64,000 nucleotides of DNA from an uncultured Rivularia sp. (GTDB lineage Bacteria > Cyanobacteriota > Cyanobacteriia > Cyanobacteriales > Nostocaceae), in the NCBI GenBank assembly GCA_963665115.1, contig OY762007.1, positions 8,320,001 through 8,384,000 on the forward strand, written 5' to 3'. Shown here piece by piece: positions 1-10,978 of this stretch. Numbering within the stretch: position 1 is the stretch's first letter; the number at the start of each line of letters is the position of its first letter. A program made the position numbers and the translations under genes. A model generated the notes under the pieces. That model ran no database searches. It was not told the origin of the DNA and worked only from the letters and a program-made list of their open reading frames with translations.

Positions 1-605
1 AAAGTCATAGCATTTGCGCTGACACCAGGAAGCTTTTTCAATGTAGTCATGATTAAGCCTTCATCGGGACTAATCAAAGCCAAACCGTTATCCGTACCCG
101 CCCAAACATAACCGCGTTTATCAACTTGTAAAGATAATACTCTTTTAGAAGGTAGAAATAAATTCTGGGCTGTAATTTCATTACTGCGGGGATCGACTCG
201 CTTCAATCCCTCATAGCTGCCAACCCATAACCGCCCAACTTTATCTTGCACCATCGCACCGATCGCACGACTTGGCAAACTCACGCGAGCTAAAATTTCG
301 CCGGTATTCGGATTAATCCGCGTCAAACCACGTCCGTAACCCACCCAAAGATTCCCCGTATAATCCGGTTGCAAAGCTTTGACGCGAAAATCGGTTTCCT
401 TTACATTTTCTATCCGTCGTCTTTGACTTGGTAAAGGCTGTCTGCGTGGTGGTGGTGGTGAAGCAGGATAAGCCGGAGTTACTTCAGACGGATCAACCTT
501 TATAAGTTTCTGCGCCCAAACGCGATCGCCAAAACCCGAAAGTGCCACCAAACCGAGTATTGAAGAACAAACTATTAAACTACTGCGCTGACTAAAAAAC
601 ACCAC
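1..605 (-). CDS. Partial (runs off window) secreted beta-propeller protein, two-component regulator propeller / ligand-binding sensor type
   Basis: Manual translation from GTG at 605: hydrophobic N-terminus followed by repeats DYTGNLWVG, DKVGRLWVGS, DKRGYVWAGT; absent from the ORF track because truncated. Confidence 0.75.
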   Translation of the reverse strand, partial: MVFFSQRSSLIVCSSILGLVALSGFGDRVWAQKLIKVDPSEVTPAYPASPPPPRRQPLPSQRRRIENVKETDFRVKALQPDYTGNLWVGYGRGLTRINPNTGEILARVSLPSRAIGAMVQDKVGRLWVGSYEGLKRVDPRSNEITAQNLFLPSKRVLSLQVDKRGYVWAGTDNGLALISPDEGLIMTTLKKLPGVSANAMT

Positions 606-895
606 AATGATAAATTCTACGAAAACAACTAATTACAGTGTTCCCGTTTAACAGTTAACAGTTATCAGTGAGCAGTAATCAGTTAATAGTTAACAGTGTA
701 GAGACGTAGCACTGCTACGTCTTAGGAGTGGGAGCCGAACAGTTCCCTCGCTGTTTCCAATGCCCAATTAAAAAACCGACTATTATAACGACCATAATGT
801 AAAGACTTCTTAATATAATGTTAAAACTATAGTGTGATAAGAAATTCAAATATAAAAGTTAAAAATATTCAAATAATAACGATTCAAATTCTTGA

Positions 896-915
896 TATAT
901 TGTGAGACAGGCTAC
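896..915 (+). promoter_or_regulatory. Putative rbcL promoter: -10-like TATATT followed by NtcA-like site GTG-N8-TAC
   Basis: TATATT at 896-901, GTGAGACAGGCTAC at 902-915, about 410 nt upstream of rbcL; resembles the known Nostocales rbcL arrangement with a long leader. Confidence 0.55.
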
Positions 916-1321
916 AGATTGCGTGGCGCACAGTTTCGGCTTTCGCTTACCGCTTGTCTAAATCTCAACTGGTTAAGTGGAAGTGATTCCGCTTGTTCTA
1001 GTTGATTTGAGCATCATTTTCATACCGATTGATAACTAAGTCTGGTAAGGAAGGAACGGTTAAAGAAAATTTTTTGATTCGCTTGGAGTTTGAAAAGAGG
1101 GATAAGCAATTAGGGGAAACTCGAAAAAATCGAAGTTTTTCAATGTTTCCTTTGTTTGGATAAAACAATCCCTTCTTTAAATTTAGTAAGCAAGCTCTAG
1201 CCAAGCTTCAATAAAACGAAATAAATAGTCTTTACCTGTCAAAAGGAAGGGGTTATTTAAGTGAAAGTTCCGCTGTAGCGTGATTTGTAAGCAAAAGATA
1301 GACTTTTAGGATTGGATAAAT

Positions 1322-2752
1322 ATGTCTTACTCTCAAACGAGAACTCAGTCTAAATCAGGGTATGAAGCTGGGGTAAAAGATTATAGATTAACTTATTACA
1401 CCCCCGATTACACTCCAAAAGATACAGACCTTTTGGCTGCTTTCCGGATGACTCCTCAACCCGGAGTACCCCCTGAAGAAGCTGGTGCCGCTGTTGCTGC
1501 TGAATCTTCTACAGGTACCTGGACAACAGTATGGACTGACTTACTTACCGACCTTGACCGCTACAAAGGTCGTTGCTACGATATCGAGCCAGTTCGCGGT
1601 GAAGATAATCAGTACATTTGTTATGTAGCTTATCCTCTGGATTTGTTTGAAGAAGGTTCTGTTACCAACGTTTTGACCTCGATTGTAGGTAACGTATTTG
1701 GTTTCAAAGCTTTGCGTGCGCTACGTTTGGAAGACTTACGTATACCCGTTGCTTACCTCAAGACATTCCAAGGACCTCCACACGGTATTCAGGTTGAGCG
1801 CGACAAATTAAACAAGTATGGTCGTCCTCTATTGGGTTGTACCATTAAGCCTAAATTAGGTTTATCCGCTAAGAACTACGGACGCGCTGTATACGAGTGT
1901 TTGCGCGGTGGTTTGGACTTCACCAAAGATGACGAAAACATCAACTCCGCACCTTTCCAAAGATGGAGAGATCGTTTTACATTCGTTGCTGATGCTATCT
2001 ATAAAGCACAAGCAGAAACCGGCGAAATCAAAGGTCATTACCTTAACGTAACCGCTCCTACTTGCGAGCAAATGCTCCAACGGGCTGAGTATGCGAAAGA
2101 GCTAAAAATGCCTATCGTAATGCATGACTACCTCACCGCAGGTTTCACCGCTAACACTACTTTGGCTCACTGGTGTCGCGACAACGGTATATTGCTGCAC
2201 ATCCACAGAGCTATGCACGCAGTAATTGACCGTCAAAAGAACCACGGTATTCACTTCCGCGTATTAGCTAAAGCGTTGCGTATGTCTGGTGGAGATCACA
2301 TTCACACTGGTACTGTGGTTGGTAAACTTGAAGGTGAACGCGGTATCACAATGGGTTTTGTTGACCTATTACGTGAAAACTACGTTGAGCAAGATAAGTC
2401 TCGTGGTATTTACTTCACTCAAGATTGGGCTTCCATGCCTGGTGTAATGGCAGTTGCTTCTGGTGGTATTCACGTATGGCATATGCCTGCACTATTAGAA
2501 ATCTTCGGCGATGACTCCGTACTACAGTTTGGTGGTGGTACATTAGGACACCCTTGGGGTAACGCTCCTGGTGCGACTGCAAACCGCGTTGCATTAGAAG
2601 CTTGCGTTCAAGCACGTAACGAAGGACGTAGCTTGGCTCGCGAAGGTAATGATATTATCCGCGAAGCTTGTAAATGGTCCCCCGAACTAGCAGCAGCTTG
2701 CGAACTTTGGAAAGAAATCAAGTTCGAGTTCGAGGCAATGGATACCGTCTAA
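1322..2752 (+). CDS. rbcL: Rubisco large subunit, form IB
   Basis: 476 aa, catalytic [13 protein letters not shown] motif, typical N- and C-termini. Confidence 0.99.
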   Translation: MSYSQTRTQSKSGYEAGVKDYRLTYYTPDYTPKDTDLLAAFRMTPQPGVPPEEAGAAVAAESSTGTWTTVWTDLLTDLDRYKGRCYDIEPVRGEDNQYICYVAYPLDLFEEGSVTNVLTSIVGNVFGFKALRALRLEDLRIPVAYLKTFQGPPHGIQVERDKLNKYGRPLLGCTIKPKLGLSAKNYGRAVYECLRGGLDFTKDDENINSAPFQRWRDRFTFVADAIYKAQAETGEIKGHYLNVTAPTCEQMLQRAEYAKELKMPIVMHDYLTAGFTANTTLAHWCRDNGILLHIHRAMHAVIDRQKNHGIHFRVLAKALRMSGGDHIHTGTVVGKLEGERGITMGFVDLLRENYVEQDKSRGIYFTQDWASMPGVMAVASGGIHVWHMPALLEIFGDDSVLQFGGGTLGHPWGNAPGATANRVALEACVQARNEGRSLAREGNDIIREACKWSPELAAACELWKEIKFEFEAMDTV

Positions 2753-2855
2753 ATGTATTAGTTGTGAGTGTTTCGTTTTGGGTTTTAAGTTTAAAATCAC
2801 TTTAATTTAAAACTCAAAACTTATAACTCATAACTATTATGGGCTGGGGTCAAGT

Positions 2856-3272
2856 ATGGATATAAAGCAAATTGCCAAAGACACAGCCAAGATGCTGCAA
2901 AGCTACTTGACATATCAGGCAGTTAGAACGGTGTCGGCTCAAATTAATGAAACTAATCCTTATGTTGCGGCTTGGCTGCATCGTTTTTCTACCAAGGAAA
3001 GAATCCAGAATGGGGAAGCGTATATTGAGCAATTATTCTTAGAAAAGCCGGAATTGGCTTTAAGGATAATGACAGTCAGGCAGCACTTAGCGGAAGAAAT
3101 GACTGAATTTTTGCCAGAAATGGTTAGCACTGGAATTATCCAAGCCAATATGGAACACCGTCGTCAGCATCTTGAGCGGATCACGCAATTAGATTTATCT
3201 AACCCCAGCACTGAAGAAGAACAACAAACATTAGATAGTAACTCGGACGAAACTTCGAGCGAAAACAGTTAG
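2856..3272 (+). CDS. rbcX: Rubisco assembly chaperone RbcX
   Basis: MDIKQIAKDTAKMLQSYLTYQAV; lies between rbcL and rbcS. Confidence 0.98.
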   Translation: MDIKQIAKDTAKMLQSYLTYQAVRTVSAQINETNPYVAAWLHRFSTKERIQNGEAYIEQLFLEKPELALRIMTVRQHLAEEMTEFLPEMVSTGIIQANMEHRRQHLERITQLDLSNPSTEEEQQTLDSNSDETSSENS

Positions 3273-3384
3273 GAGTTATGAGTTAGGAATTAGGAATTTT
3301 TATAAACAACTAACAACTAACAACTATCAACTAACAATTAGCAATTAACAACCATCAACTATCAACTAACAACTAAACAAAAAT

Positions 3385-3732
3385 ATGCAAACTTTACCAA
3401 AAGAGCGTCGGTACGAAACCCTTTCATACTTACCACCTTTAAATGACGCTCAAATTGCTCGTCAGATTCAATATATTTTAGACCAAGGTTATTTTCCTGC
3501 GATTGAATTTAACGAAACTTCCGAACCTACAGTAATGTATTGGACAATGTGGAAGTTACCTTTGTTCAATGCTAGAAGCCCACAAGAGGTAATGGCTGAA
3601 GTTCAAGGTTGCCGCTCTCAGTTTCCTAGCTGCTTCATTCGTGTAGTTGGTTTTGATAACGTTAAGCAATGTCAAATTCTTAGCTTCATCGTACACAAGC
3701 CCAACCAAGGTGGTGGTGGTTACAGATACTAA
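3385..3732 (+). CDS. rbcS: Rubisco small subunit
   Basis: [19 protein letters not shown]...[10 protein letters not shown]. Confidence 0.99.
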   Translation: MQTLPKERRYETLSYLPPLNDAQIARQIQYILDQGYFPAIEFNETSEPTVMYWTMWKLPLFNARSPQEVMAEVQGCRSQFPSCFIRVVGFDNVKQCQILSFIVHKPNQGGGGYRY

Positions 3733-3785
3733 GGTTTGACTTTTGAAAGGTAGATAATTTCTGCTTTTGAGATAGTTTAAATCTT

Positions 3786-3818
3786 TTCCCTTCCTACGAA
3801 ATGTAGGGAGGGAATTTT
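3786..3818 (+). terminator. Intrinsic terminator-like hairpin after rbcS
   Basis: CCCTTCCTAC-GAAAT-GTAGGGAGGG followed by a T-rich tract. Confidence 0.6.
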
Positions 3819-3900
3819 GGTTTTAATTGTAGTAACCCAATATAGTGGCTACGGACAAAAATTATTAATTAAAATAGAATAGCAAGATTGAATCGTTCAT

Positions 3901-5016
3901 ATGTCTAAGAAGGTAAAATCTTGTATGCATTCCAATTTAAATCAGTTTGCTACTCAAATAAATCAAATTGATTTAGAGCAACCGCGAAATGAACACTTTT
4001 TTGCCTTACCTACCCCACTCAGCAAGTGGCTAATTACAAATTTACTCAAAGGGAAAGAAGATAAGAACATCTTCATTTTGCTGGTGACGATAAATATTCT
4101 TTTGACAAGTCTACCTTTAGCCATTGGCTTATACGTGTTAGAAGGTAGAGTAAATAGCTTCTTGGTTTCTATCCTTGGTGCAGCTTATTTATATTTTCAC
4201 CTATCAACATATGCCAGATCGTTTATCCTTGCCCTCCATTACTCAACTCATACTCCAATTTTCAATAAAAAATGGAGATTTTTAAAACATATAAATATTA
4301 GTTTTTTATGTAATTTATTTGGTATTCCACCTTGGATATATTACTCCCATCATATTGCAATGCACCATTGCGAGAATAATACAACTCCCTACGATCTTAG
4401 CTCTACAATGCCTTATCAAAGAGATTCAAAGTGGCACCATTTTAAATATATGCTGCGCTTTGCTGTCGCAATTTGGGTTGAATTGCCTTATATTCTCTTC
4501 CTCAAAAAACTTTATAAATTAGTGCTGCGATGTGTCTTGGGTGAGTTGATTTTTTTTGCTGTTATTTCTTACCTTTTTACACAAAGTCCAATTGCCACTT
4601 TCTTTGTCTTCATCCTACCCTTGTTCGTCATTTCTTTTGCGATGATGCAAGGTAATTGGAAACAGCATATCTTTGTCGATCCAGAAGATCCAACGAATAG
4701 CTACAAATCAACATTTACTTGCATTAATACCCCTACAAACTCACGTAATTTCAATGATGGCTATCACATTGAACATCATAAAAATCCTAGTGTGGCTTGG
4801 TATCGTCTTCCAGAATATTTTCAAGGGAATCTTCAGGAATATGTTGAAAATGATGCCTTCATTTTTACAGGAATTGGCTCGATGGAAGTAGGAAGTTTGG
4901 TTCTCAACGGACAGTTAGATATACTAGCAGATTATTATCTTAATGTTGGACAAAAGCAACGAAGTAAAACAGAATTAGTTACAGAATTTGAGCGGCGGCT
5001 AATATGCATTAAATAA
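3901..5016 (+). CDS. Membrane fatty acid desaturase-family protein
   Basis: Three His boxes HYSTH, HHIAMHH, HIEHH with hydrophobic segments. Confidence 0.85.
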   Translation: MSKKVKSCMHSNLNQFATQINQIDLEQPRNEHFFALPTPLSKWLITNLLKGKEDKNIFILLVTINILLTSLPLAIGLYVLEGRVNSFLVSILGAAYLYFHLSTYARSFILALHYSTHTPIFNKKWRFLKHINISFLCNLFGIPPWIYYSHHIAMHHCENNTTPYDLSSTMPYQRDSKWHHFKYMLRFAVAIWVELPYILFLKKLYKLVLRCVLGELIFFAVISYLFTQSPIATFFVFILPLFVISFAMMQGNWKQHIFVDPEDPTNSYKSTFTCINTPTNSRNFNDGYHIEHHKNPSVAWYRLPEYFQGNLQEYVENDAFIFTGIGSMEVGSLVLNGQLDILADYYLNVGQKQRSKTELVTEFERRLICIK

Positions 5017-5037
5017 CTAGTTTTTAGTTTTTAGTTT

Positions 5038-5253
5038 GTAGGTTGGGTTAGACAATAAAATCAATTTGATCGGAAAACGAAAATTTATTAATCGTGTCGT
5101 AACCCAACATCATGGCTGCTCCAAAATAAAAATTATTTCAAAGAGCAATACAAAATTTTTTAAAATACCGGCGATAAAATGTTGGGTTACGGCACAATTA
5201 TGATTTCTGCTATTAAAAACGAATATTATAAGTGTGCTGCGAAGCTAACCTAC
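5038..5253. mobile_element. REPIN-like non-autonomous element (GTAGGTTGGGTTAGAC family), copy 1
   Basis: GTAGGTTGGGTTAGAC..GTCGTAACCCAACA..TGTTGGGTTACGGC..CTAACCTAC (right end degenerate). Confidence 0.7.
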
Positions 5254-5336
5254 GAATTGATAACTGATAATTGATAACTGATTCACCGTTGCGTTAAAAT
5301 TCAAGCAGCGCAAGCATTCCCCGTAAAATCTACCTC

Positions 5337-6077
5337 ATGCTCGAAACCCTGCAAACTCAACTTTATCAACTCGAACAATTCGCGAATACGCTTGTTTCTA
5401 ACCAATTAACTCACCTCAGTTTATTTAGCATCGGCATTATTTTTTTGGCTGGATTGCTTACCAGTCTTACTCCTTGTATGCTTTCGATGCTGCCCATTAC
5501 TATTGGTTATATCGGCGGTTATGAAGCTAAAAGCCGGTTACAAGCAGCCGCTCAGTCTACTTGGTTTGCTTTGGGATTGGCCACTACTCTTGCAGGACTT
5601 GGTATTATAGCAGCAACGCTAGGAAAAGTTTACGGTCAAATTGGTATTGGTTTACCGATTGTTGTTAGCATCATTGCAATTTTGATGGGATTAAATCTAC
5701 TCGAAGCTTTACCTTTGCAGCTTCCTGATTGGGGTAGCACGGAATGGATTTCCCAAGAATTACCCCAAAGCGTGAGAGCATATTGTATCGGTTTGAGTTT
5801 TGGTTTGGTGGCTTCTCCTTGCAGTACCCCTGTTTTAGCAAGTTTGTTGGGATGGGTTGCTAATACCAAGGATTTAATTTTAGGTGCTGTTTTACTACTT
5901 TCCTATACAGCAGGTTATGTAACACCCTTGATTTTGGCGGGTACTTTTACTGCTTCAATTAAAAAGATAATCGAAATACGTCGCTTTTCTGGTTGGATTA
6001 ATCCGGTTAGCGGCGCATTATTAGTTGGATTTGGCGTATTTTCATTGATTTCTCGGATTCCTTTGGGAAGCTTGTAA
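5337..6077 (+). CDS. ccdA: Cytochrome c biogenesis protein CcdA
   Basis: TSLTPCMLSMLP and ASPCSTPVL motifs, multiple TM helices. Confidence 0.95.
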   Translation: MLETLQTQLYQLEQFANTLVSNQLTHLSLFSIGIIFLAGLLTSLTPCMLSMLPITIGYIGGYEAKSRLQAAAQSTWFALGLATTLAGLGIIAATLGKVYGQIGIGLPIVVSIIAILMGLNLLEALPLQLPDWGSTEWISQELPQSVRAYCIGLSFGLVASPCSTPVLASLLGWVANTKDLILGAVLLLSYTAGYVTPLILAGTFTASIKKIIEIRRFSGWINPVSGALLVGFGVFSLISRIPLGSL

Positions 6078-6208
6078 TTAGAGGGGGGAGAGGGGGTAGA
6101 GGGGGGAGAGGGGGAAGAGGGGGAGACAAGGAGACAAGGTGAAATTAGATAATTAAATCATTAACTCCTAATTCCTAACTCCTAACTCCTAATCCCAAAA
6201 CCCTCTAT

Positions 6209-6288
6209 AAACACATCCGTTGTTAAACACATCCGCTGCCAAACACATCCGTTGCCAAACACATCCGCTGCTAAACACATCCGTTGTT
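6209..6288 (+). repeat. Five tandem 16-bp repeats AAACACATCCGYTGYY
   Basis: Units at 6209, 6225, 6241, 6257, 6273, ending 20 nt before the ccsB start. Confidence 0.95.
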
Positions 6289-6307
6289 AAAATCTAAAAT
6301 TAATTAA

Positions 6308-7714
6308 ATGTCTTTAGAAGAATCTTCAACAAAATCCCCGTTAACAGCATTCACCAGCTTTATCCGTAAAGAGTTTTTACCAGTACTTACAGATTTACGG
6401 TTAGCGATAATTTTGCTGTTGGCGATCGCTCTATTTAGTATTGCTGGCACTGTTATCGAGCAAGGGCAATCTATCGCTTTTTATCAAGAAAATTATCCCG
6501 AAAATCCGGCTTTATTTGGCTTTCTGACTTGGAAAGTGGTGATAATTGCGGGTTTGGATCGGGTTTATCGTACTTGGTGGTTTCTATCTTTACTTATCTT
6601 ATTTGGCACTAGTTTAACAGCCTGCACTTTCACCCGTCAGCTTCCGGCATTAAAAGCTGCTCGTCGTTGGAAATTTTTTGATAAGCCCCGGAGATTTCAA
6701 AAGTTAGCCTTAAGTGCGGAATTCGATGTTGAAAAAGATAGCTCTACGTCTATCCAAAATCTTACCGAAATTCTCCAACAGCGCCGCTACAAAGTTTTTC
6801 AAGAAGATACAGATAAACTTTACGCTCGTAAGGGAATTATCGGTAAAATTGGCCCGATAATTGTTCACATCGGCATCGTAGTTATTTTATTTGGTTCAAT
6901 TTTGGGCGCGATGACTGGTTTTATGGCTCAAGAAATGGTAGCCAGTGGCGATACATTCCAAATTAAAAATATCATAGATGCCGGACCTTTCGCAGCACCG
7001 CAAGTTACTAATGATTGGGCTGTAAAGGTAAATCGCTTTTGGATTGACTATACTTCCAGCGGCGGAATCGATCAGTTTTACTCGGATATGTCAGTATTAG
7101 ATAATGAAGGGAAAGAAGTAGATAAAGACACAATTTACGTTAACCATCCCTTGCGACATAAAGGAGTTACCCTTTATCAAACAGATTGGGGAATTGCAGC
7201 AGTCAAAGTAAGAGTTAACAAAAGTCCGATTTTTCAACTTCCAATGGCTTTACTCGATACCGGAGGAAAAGGAAGACTTTGGGGAACTTGGATTCCTACC
7301 AAACCAGATTTAAGTGAAGGTGTTTCTTTATTAGCTAAAGATTTACAGGGAACTGTATTAATCTACGATGCTACAGGTAAGCTAGTAAATACCGTCCGAG
7401 AAGGAATGTCCGCTGAAGTAAACGGCGTTACCTTAAAAATATTAGAAGTAGTTGGTTCTACAGGTTTGCAAATTAAAGCTGACCCAGGTATACCAGTAGT
7501 TTATGCTGGATTCGCTTTGTTGATGTTGGGAGTCGTAATGAGTTACTTTTCTCACTCTCAAGTATGGGTATTGCAGGAAGAAGATAATTTGTATGTTGGT
7601 GGTAAAACCAATCGCGCTCAAGTTGCTTTTGAAGGGGAAATGGTAGAGATTTTCGAGCAGATTAATGCTCAATCGAAGGGTGAAGCTACCAAGTCTTTGG
7701 TTTCGAGTTTGTAG
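6308..7714 (+). CDS. ccsB: Cytochrome c biogenesis protein CcsB (Ccs1/ResB)
   Basis: GTVIEQ, VHIGI and QIKADPGIP motifs; follows ccdA. Confidence 0.93.
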   Translation: MSLEESSTKSPLTAFTSFIRKEFLPVLTDLRLAIILLLAIALFSIAGTVIEQGQSIAFYQENYPENPALFGFLTWKVVIIAGLDRVYRTWWFLSLLILFGTSLTACTFTRQLPALKAARRWKFFDKPRRFQKLALSAEFDVEKDSSTSIQNLTEILQQRRYKVFQEDTDKLYARKGIIGKIGPIIVHIGIVVILFGSILGAMTGFMAQEMVASGDTFQIKNIIDAGPFAAPQVTNDWAVKVNRFWIDYTSSGGIDQFYSDMSVLDNEGKEVDKDTIYVNHPLRHKGVTLYQTDWGIAAVKVRVNKSPIFQLPMALLDTGGKGRLWGTWIPTKPDLSEGVSLLAKDLQGTVLIYDATGKLVNTVREGMSAEVNGVTLKILEVVGSTGLQIKADPGIPVVYAGFALLMLGVVMSYFSHSQVWVLQEEDNLYVGGKTNRAQVAFEGEMVEIFEQINAQSKGEATKSLVSSL

Positions 7715-7737
7715 GTTTGTTGGTGTTTTACGCTCAA

Positions 7738-7870
7738 TCGCCCTCACTCTGGAAGAGTGGGGCTACAGAAACAAAGCCCCTCCGGGTAAGGCTAACGCCT
7801 CGCTTCGCTAACGCTAGTTTGGGGGACGGAAACCGACACCCCCAACTAGACTCACCACCTGCGTGGGCTA
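7738..7870. repeat. Cluster of nested GC-rich palindromic small dispersed repeats
   Basis: Hairpins CACTCT-GGA-AGAGTG and CTAGTTTGGGGG..CCCCCAACTAG plus CGCTTCGCTAACGC; GC-rich in an AT-rich background. Confidence 0.6.
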
Positions 7871-7936
7871 ATATTATGTCCAGCAACTCAATTTTTTGTA
7901 TCTAATTAATAATATATTTTTTTGGAACTATAGCTT

Positions 7937-8509
7937 ATGGCATTATCTATTCAGCCAACTTCAATACTCACCCTAGAAGAATTTTTAGAATTGTCAGAAA
8001 CAAAACCGGCAAGTGAATATATTGATGGGAGAATCTACCAAAAACCGATGCCACAGGGAAAACATAGCACTTTACAAATTGAGTTAGCTTCTGCAATTAA
8101 TCAAGTAAGTAAAGCTAATAAATTAGCTTATGCATTTACAGAGTTACGCTGTACCTTCGCTGGTGAATCCATTGTTCCAGATATATCTGTGTTTGAATGG
8201 CAAAGAATTCCTCTGGATGAAAATAATCAAATTGCGAATAAATTTGAAATAGCTCCCGATTGGGTAATTGAAATTTTGTCACCAAAACAATCTGCGAGCA
8301 AGGTGATTCGTAAAATTACATTTTGTATTAAAAATGGGACTAAATTAGGTTATTTTGTTGATGCTGAGGATGAATCAATTACAGTTTTTCAACCAAATCA
8401 ATTACCAGAGGTTAAAGAGAAACAAGATATTCTACCCGTGTTAGATGTTTTGAAAGATTGGCAACTAACCGTTGAAGATGTATTTAGTTGGTTGAATTTT
8501 TCTAAATAA
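7937..8509 (+). CDS. Uma2 family (DUF820) putative endonuclease
   Basis: ETKPASEYIDG, PDISVF, APDWVIEILSP motifs. Confidence 0.93.
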   Translation: MALSIQPTSILTLEEFLELSETKPASEYIDGRIYQKPMPQGKHSTLQIELASAINQVSKANKLAYAFTELRCTFAGESIVPDISVFEWQRIPLDENNQIANKFEIAPDWVIEILSPKQSASKVIRKITFCIKNGTKLGYFVDAEDESITVFQPNQLPEVKEKQDILPVLDVLKDWQLTVEDVFSWLNFSK

Positions 8510-8789
8510 ATGTTCGGCAATTTGTTTTTTTGCTAAACAGAAATTTAAATGAAGATTTTAGAATTGGTTTTGCGTGTTAGATAGGTATAGGGCATTGAGA
8601 AATTGATATCAAAAGTGTTTTGCCGAATTATCGATACAACCTAAAATAAAAGAAGACGTAGCAGTGCTACGTCTCTACATTAGTTATATGTATTATTTTA
8701 AAGTTGAAATTCGGATTCTTTATAGCCAGTAAAAAAAGGTCAATAACTCCTAACTCATAACCTTTGACCTTTAACCTTTAACCTTTAAC

Positions 8790-9176
8790 CTATTTTTTAT
8801 GACTAACTTCAACAACGGTATGTACGTTACCGCGTGGTGTAAAGTCAGCCTTGACGGTAACTTCTAAGGGGTCGCAAGCTGCTACGATATCATCTAAAAT
8901 TTGATTGGCTGATTCTTCGTGGGAAATATATCTTTCCCTATAACTATTGATGTAAAGCTTGATTGCTTTTAACTCAACAACTTTTTCATCGGGGACGTAA
9001 TTTACATAAATAGTTGCAAAATCGGGATAGCCAGAAAACGGACACTTACAGGTAAATTCCGGCAAAGTAATACTGATATTGTATCTTCTTCCTATACGCG
9101 GATTGGGAAAAGTAATTAACTTTCCTTCCGAAATCTCGCGTTCGCCGTATTTTACTTCAGAATTTGTCTGAGTCAT
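8790..9176 (-). CDS. queF: NADPH-dependent 7-cyano-7-deazaguanine reductase
   Basis: PEFTCKCPFSGYPDFA, VELKAIKLY and SHEE motifs. Confidence 0.97.
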   Translation of the reverse strand: MTQTNSEVKYGEREISEGKLITFPNPRIGRRYNISITLPEFTCKCPFSGYPDFATIYVNYVPDEKVVELKAIKLYINSYRERYISHEESANQILDDIVAACDPLEVTVKADFTPRGNVHTVVEVSHKK

Positions 9177-9327
9177 TTATATTTAATAATAATTAATAAT
9201 TTAAATAGAGAATTGGGCATTGGGCATTGGGCATTGGGCATTGATCCACAATATCCAATCCTTAAATTTACCTACATCTCTTATAATTCAACAACTCTTA
9301 ACTCCTAATTCCTAACTCCGGTGCTAA

Positions 9328-9726
9328 CTATTCGCCTTCCCAATCGGGACAACTTTCGTCTTCATATCCTGAAGGATGCATACCGCAAACGAGTAGATTG
9401 CCGTTGTAAACTTGTCCGTGATAGTTACTACAACCCATACAGGCTGGGTTTTGTTCTGCTGTGGGTTCAACAGGATAAGGGAAATGACCTTCTAAATCAT
9501 CTCCTAAAACATCTTCAAAATCCCAATAAACTTCCAAAAATGGTTCTGCTAAATCCTGTAAATATTGATCTACTTCAGAAAGTAACGAACTTTGAACCTG
9601 TTCGCTAAGTTCTTCAGTCATTTCAATAAAACTATCTACTACTTCCGTCATTCCCACGAAAAAGCGTTCTACTTCGTCCGATACCGATTTTACTGCGTCC
9701 GAAAAATCTTTTTGCCACTCATCCAT
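9328..9726 (-). CDS. Conserved cyanobacterial hypothetical protein with C-terminal Cys/His cluster
   Basis: Acidic N-terminus; CMGCSNYHG..LVCGMHP..CPDW. Confidence 0.8.
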   Translation of the reverse strand: MDEWQKDFSDAVKSVSDEVERFFVGMTEVVDSFIEMTEELSEQVQSSLLSEVDQYLQDLAEPFLEVYWDFEDVLGDDLEGHFPYPVEPTAEQNPACMGCSNYHGQVYNGNLLVCGMHPSGYEDESCPDWEGE

Positions 9727-9979
9727 AAAAAAATAGTCCTCACTCTCTTAATCATAGGACATTTACTTCAACGCTTTTACTGCGTCTTCCGGAGGGTGGC
9801 AATTAACAAATATAACCATTTAGCACTTAAAAAACATTTGGGAAAATGCTTGATGTTGCGCGGGTTTAAAATACTAAAAGTACACCCCAAGGCATATTCT
9901 ATAATAATAATTCTGGAATGTCTGTTAATAATTTCCAGGAGACTACTTACTTTCAGTTAATAGTACAGGAATTAGTTAA

Positions 9980-10357
9980 TTATTTATCGCGCTGCAACCG
10001 ACGCAATTCTTCCTGCATCCGCTTAACTTGATCGCGTAATTTATCAACATCTTGGGGCTGGGATTCCTTTTCGGTGGGTTCATCCCCATCATCCAAAATT
10101 TCTATGCGACGGGGTTCGGTGCGAGTTGTAGTTTCGCCGCTGCCAACATTACTTGTTTGCGCTTGTTTCATCATGTCTTCCACAAACTTACGGGCTTCTT
10201 CTGAGTTCATTTCGCCCTTCGCAACCATTTCGTCTGCCAGCTTTTGCGCTTGCGATCGCAACTCGGCTAAAGTTCCACCTGCTTTTTCGCTAGCGTAAGA
10301 AGCTAACCCAACACCAAGGTAAAAAGCTTTTTTAGCAATATCTCCGAAACCAGGCAT
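9980..10357 (-). CDS. Phasin-like / polygranule-associated family protein
   Basis: KAFYLGVGLA..LADEMVAKGEM..EARKFVEDM pattern. Confidence 0.75.
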   Translation of the reverse strand: MPGFGDIAKKAFYLGVGLASYASEKAGGTLAELRSQAQKLADEMVAKGEMNSEEARKFVEDMMKQAQTSNVGSGETTTRTEPRRIEILDDGDEPTEKESQPQDVDKLRDQVKRMQEELRRLQRDK

Positions 10358-10383
10358 TATATGAGAATTCTCTATAAAAACTA

Positions 10384-10481
10384 GGACAGCCCGGAGTTTA
10401 CGCCTACTGTAAGCATCCCGTATTGCTGCTACCTTCCGGTCCTGACAAAATTTGGGCGTTGCAGTTGCATAAGTCCGAGCC
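10384..10481 (-). ncRNA. ffs: Signal recognition particle RNA (small bacterial SRP, 4.5S)
   Basis: Minus strand contains TCAGGACCGGAAGGTAGCAGCA (helix 8 motif); ends GGCTCGGA..TCCGGGCT are complementary. Confidence 0.95.
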
Positions 10482-10541
10482 TAAAAACTAATATAGCATT
10501 GATTTGTTTAAATGTGTGGCGAGCAGTGGGAAATTTGCTCG

Positions 10542-10808
10542 TTAATCAACTAGAAGTCGCCATTCGTATAGCTTATAGTCAACACAATTATTTGCAATCA
10601 AAGGGTCGCGAGATACAATAGCTTGGGCTTCCTCCATCGAAGCGGCTTCAAATAGCAACATTCCGCCACCATATTGCGCCCAATATCCCGTTTTTGCTTG
10701 ATGTCCTTTGTTTTTCAACTCTTCCACATAGGCTTTGTGAGCGGGGACATATTTATCAAAAATGGATTTCTCCACTTTTCCTTCTTCTATTTTTACAAAC
10801 CACGGCAT
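10542..10808 (-). CDS. YciI family protein
   Basis: PAHKAY..GGMLLFEA.S.EEA..IV..DPL pattern. Confidence 0.88.
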   Translation of the reverse strand: MPWFVKIEEGKVEKSIFDKYVPAHKAYVEELKNKGHQAKTGYWAQYGGGMLLFEAASMEEAQAIVSRDPLIANNCVDYKLYEWRLLVD

Positions 10809-10978
10809 TTGATCCTATCTACTCCTGTAACGTTTCCTTTATTATTAAATGATTATCCTGTTATGGATAGTTGGGATATGCTTTCAAATCTCAAACTTTA
10901 ATTTTGGTCAGATTTTCCAGGAAAACATAATTTTTTTGAAAGTCCTGGTAATTATTCATTACTAATATGAGGTTTTTT

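Noticed and set aside
6209..6288. Possible CRISPR array
   Set aside because: Units are contiguous 16-mers with no unique spacers and no cas genes
7717..7905. 62-aa ORF after ccsB
   Set aside because: Consists of nested palindromic repeats
9177..9327. preQ1 riboswitch upstream of queF
   Set aside because: No recognisable aptamer; region is AT-rich plus heptamer repeats
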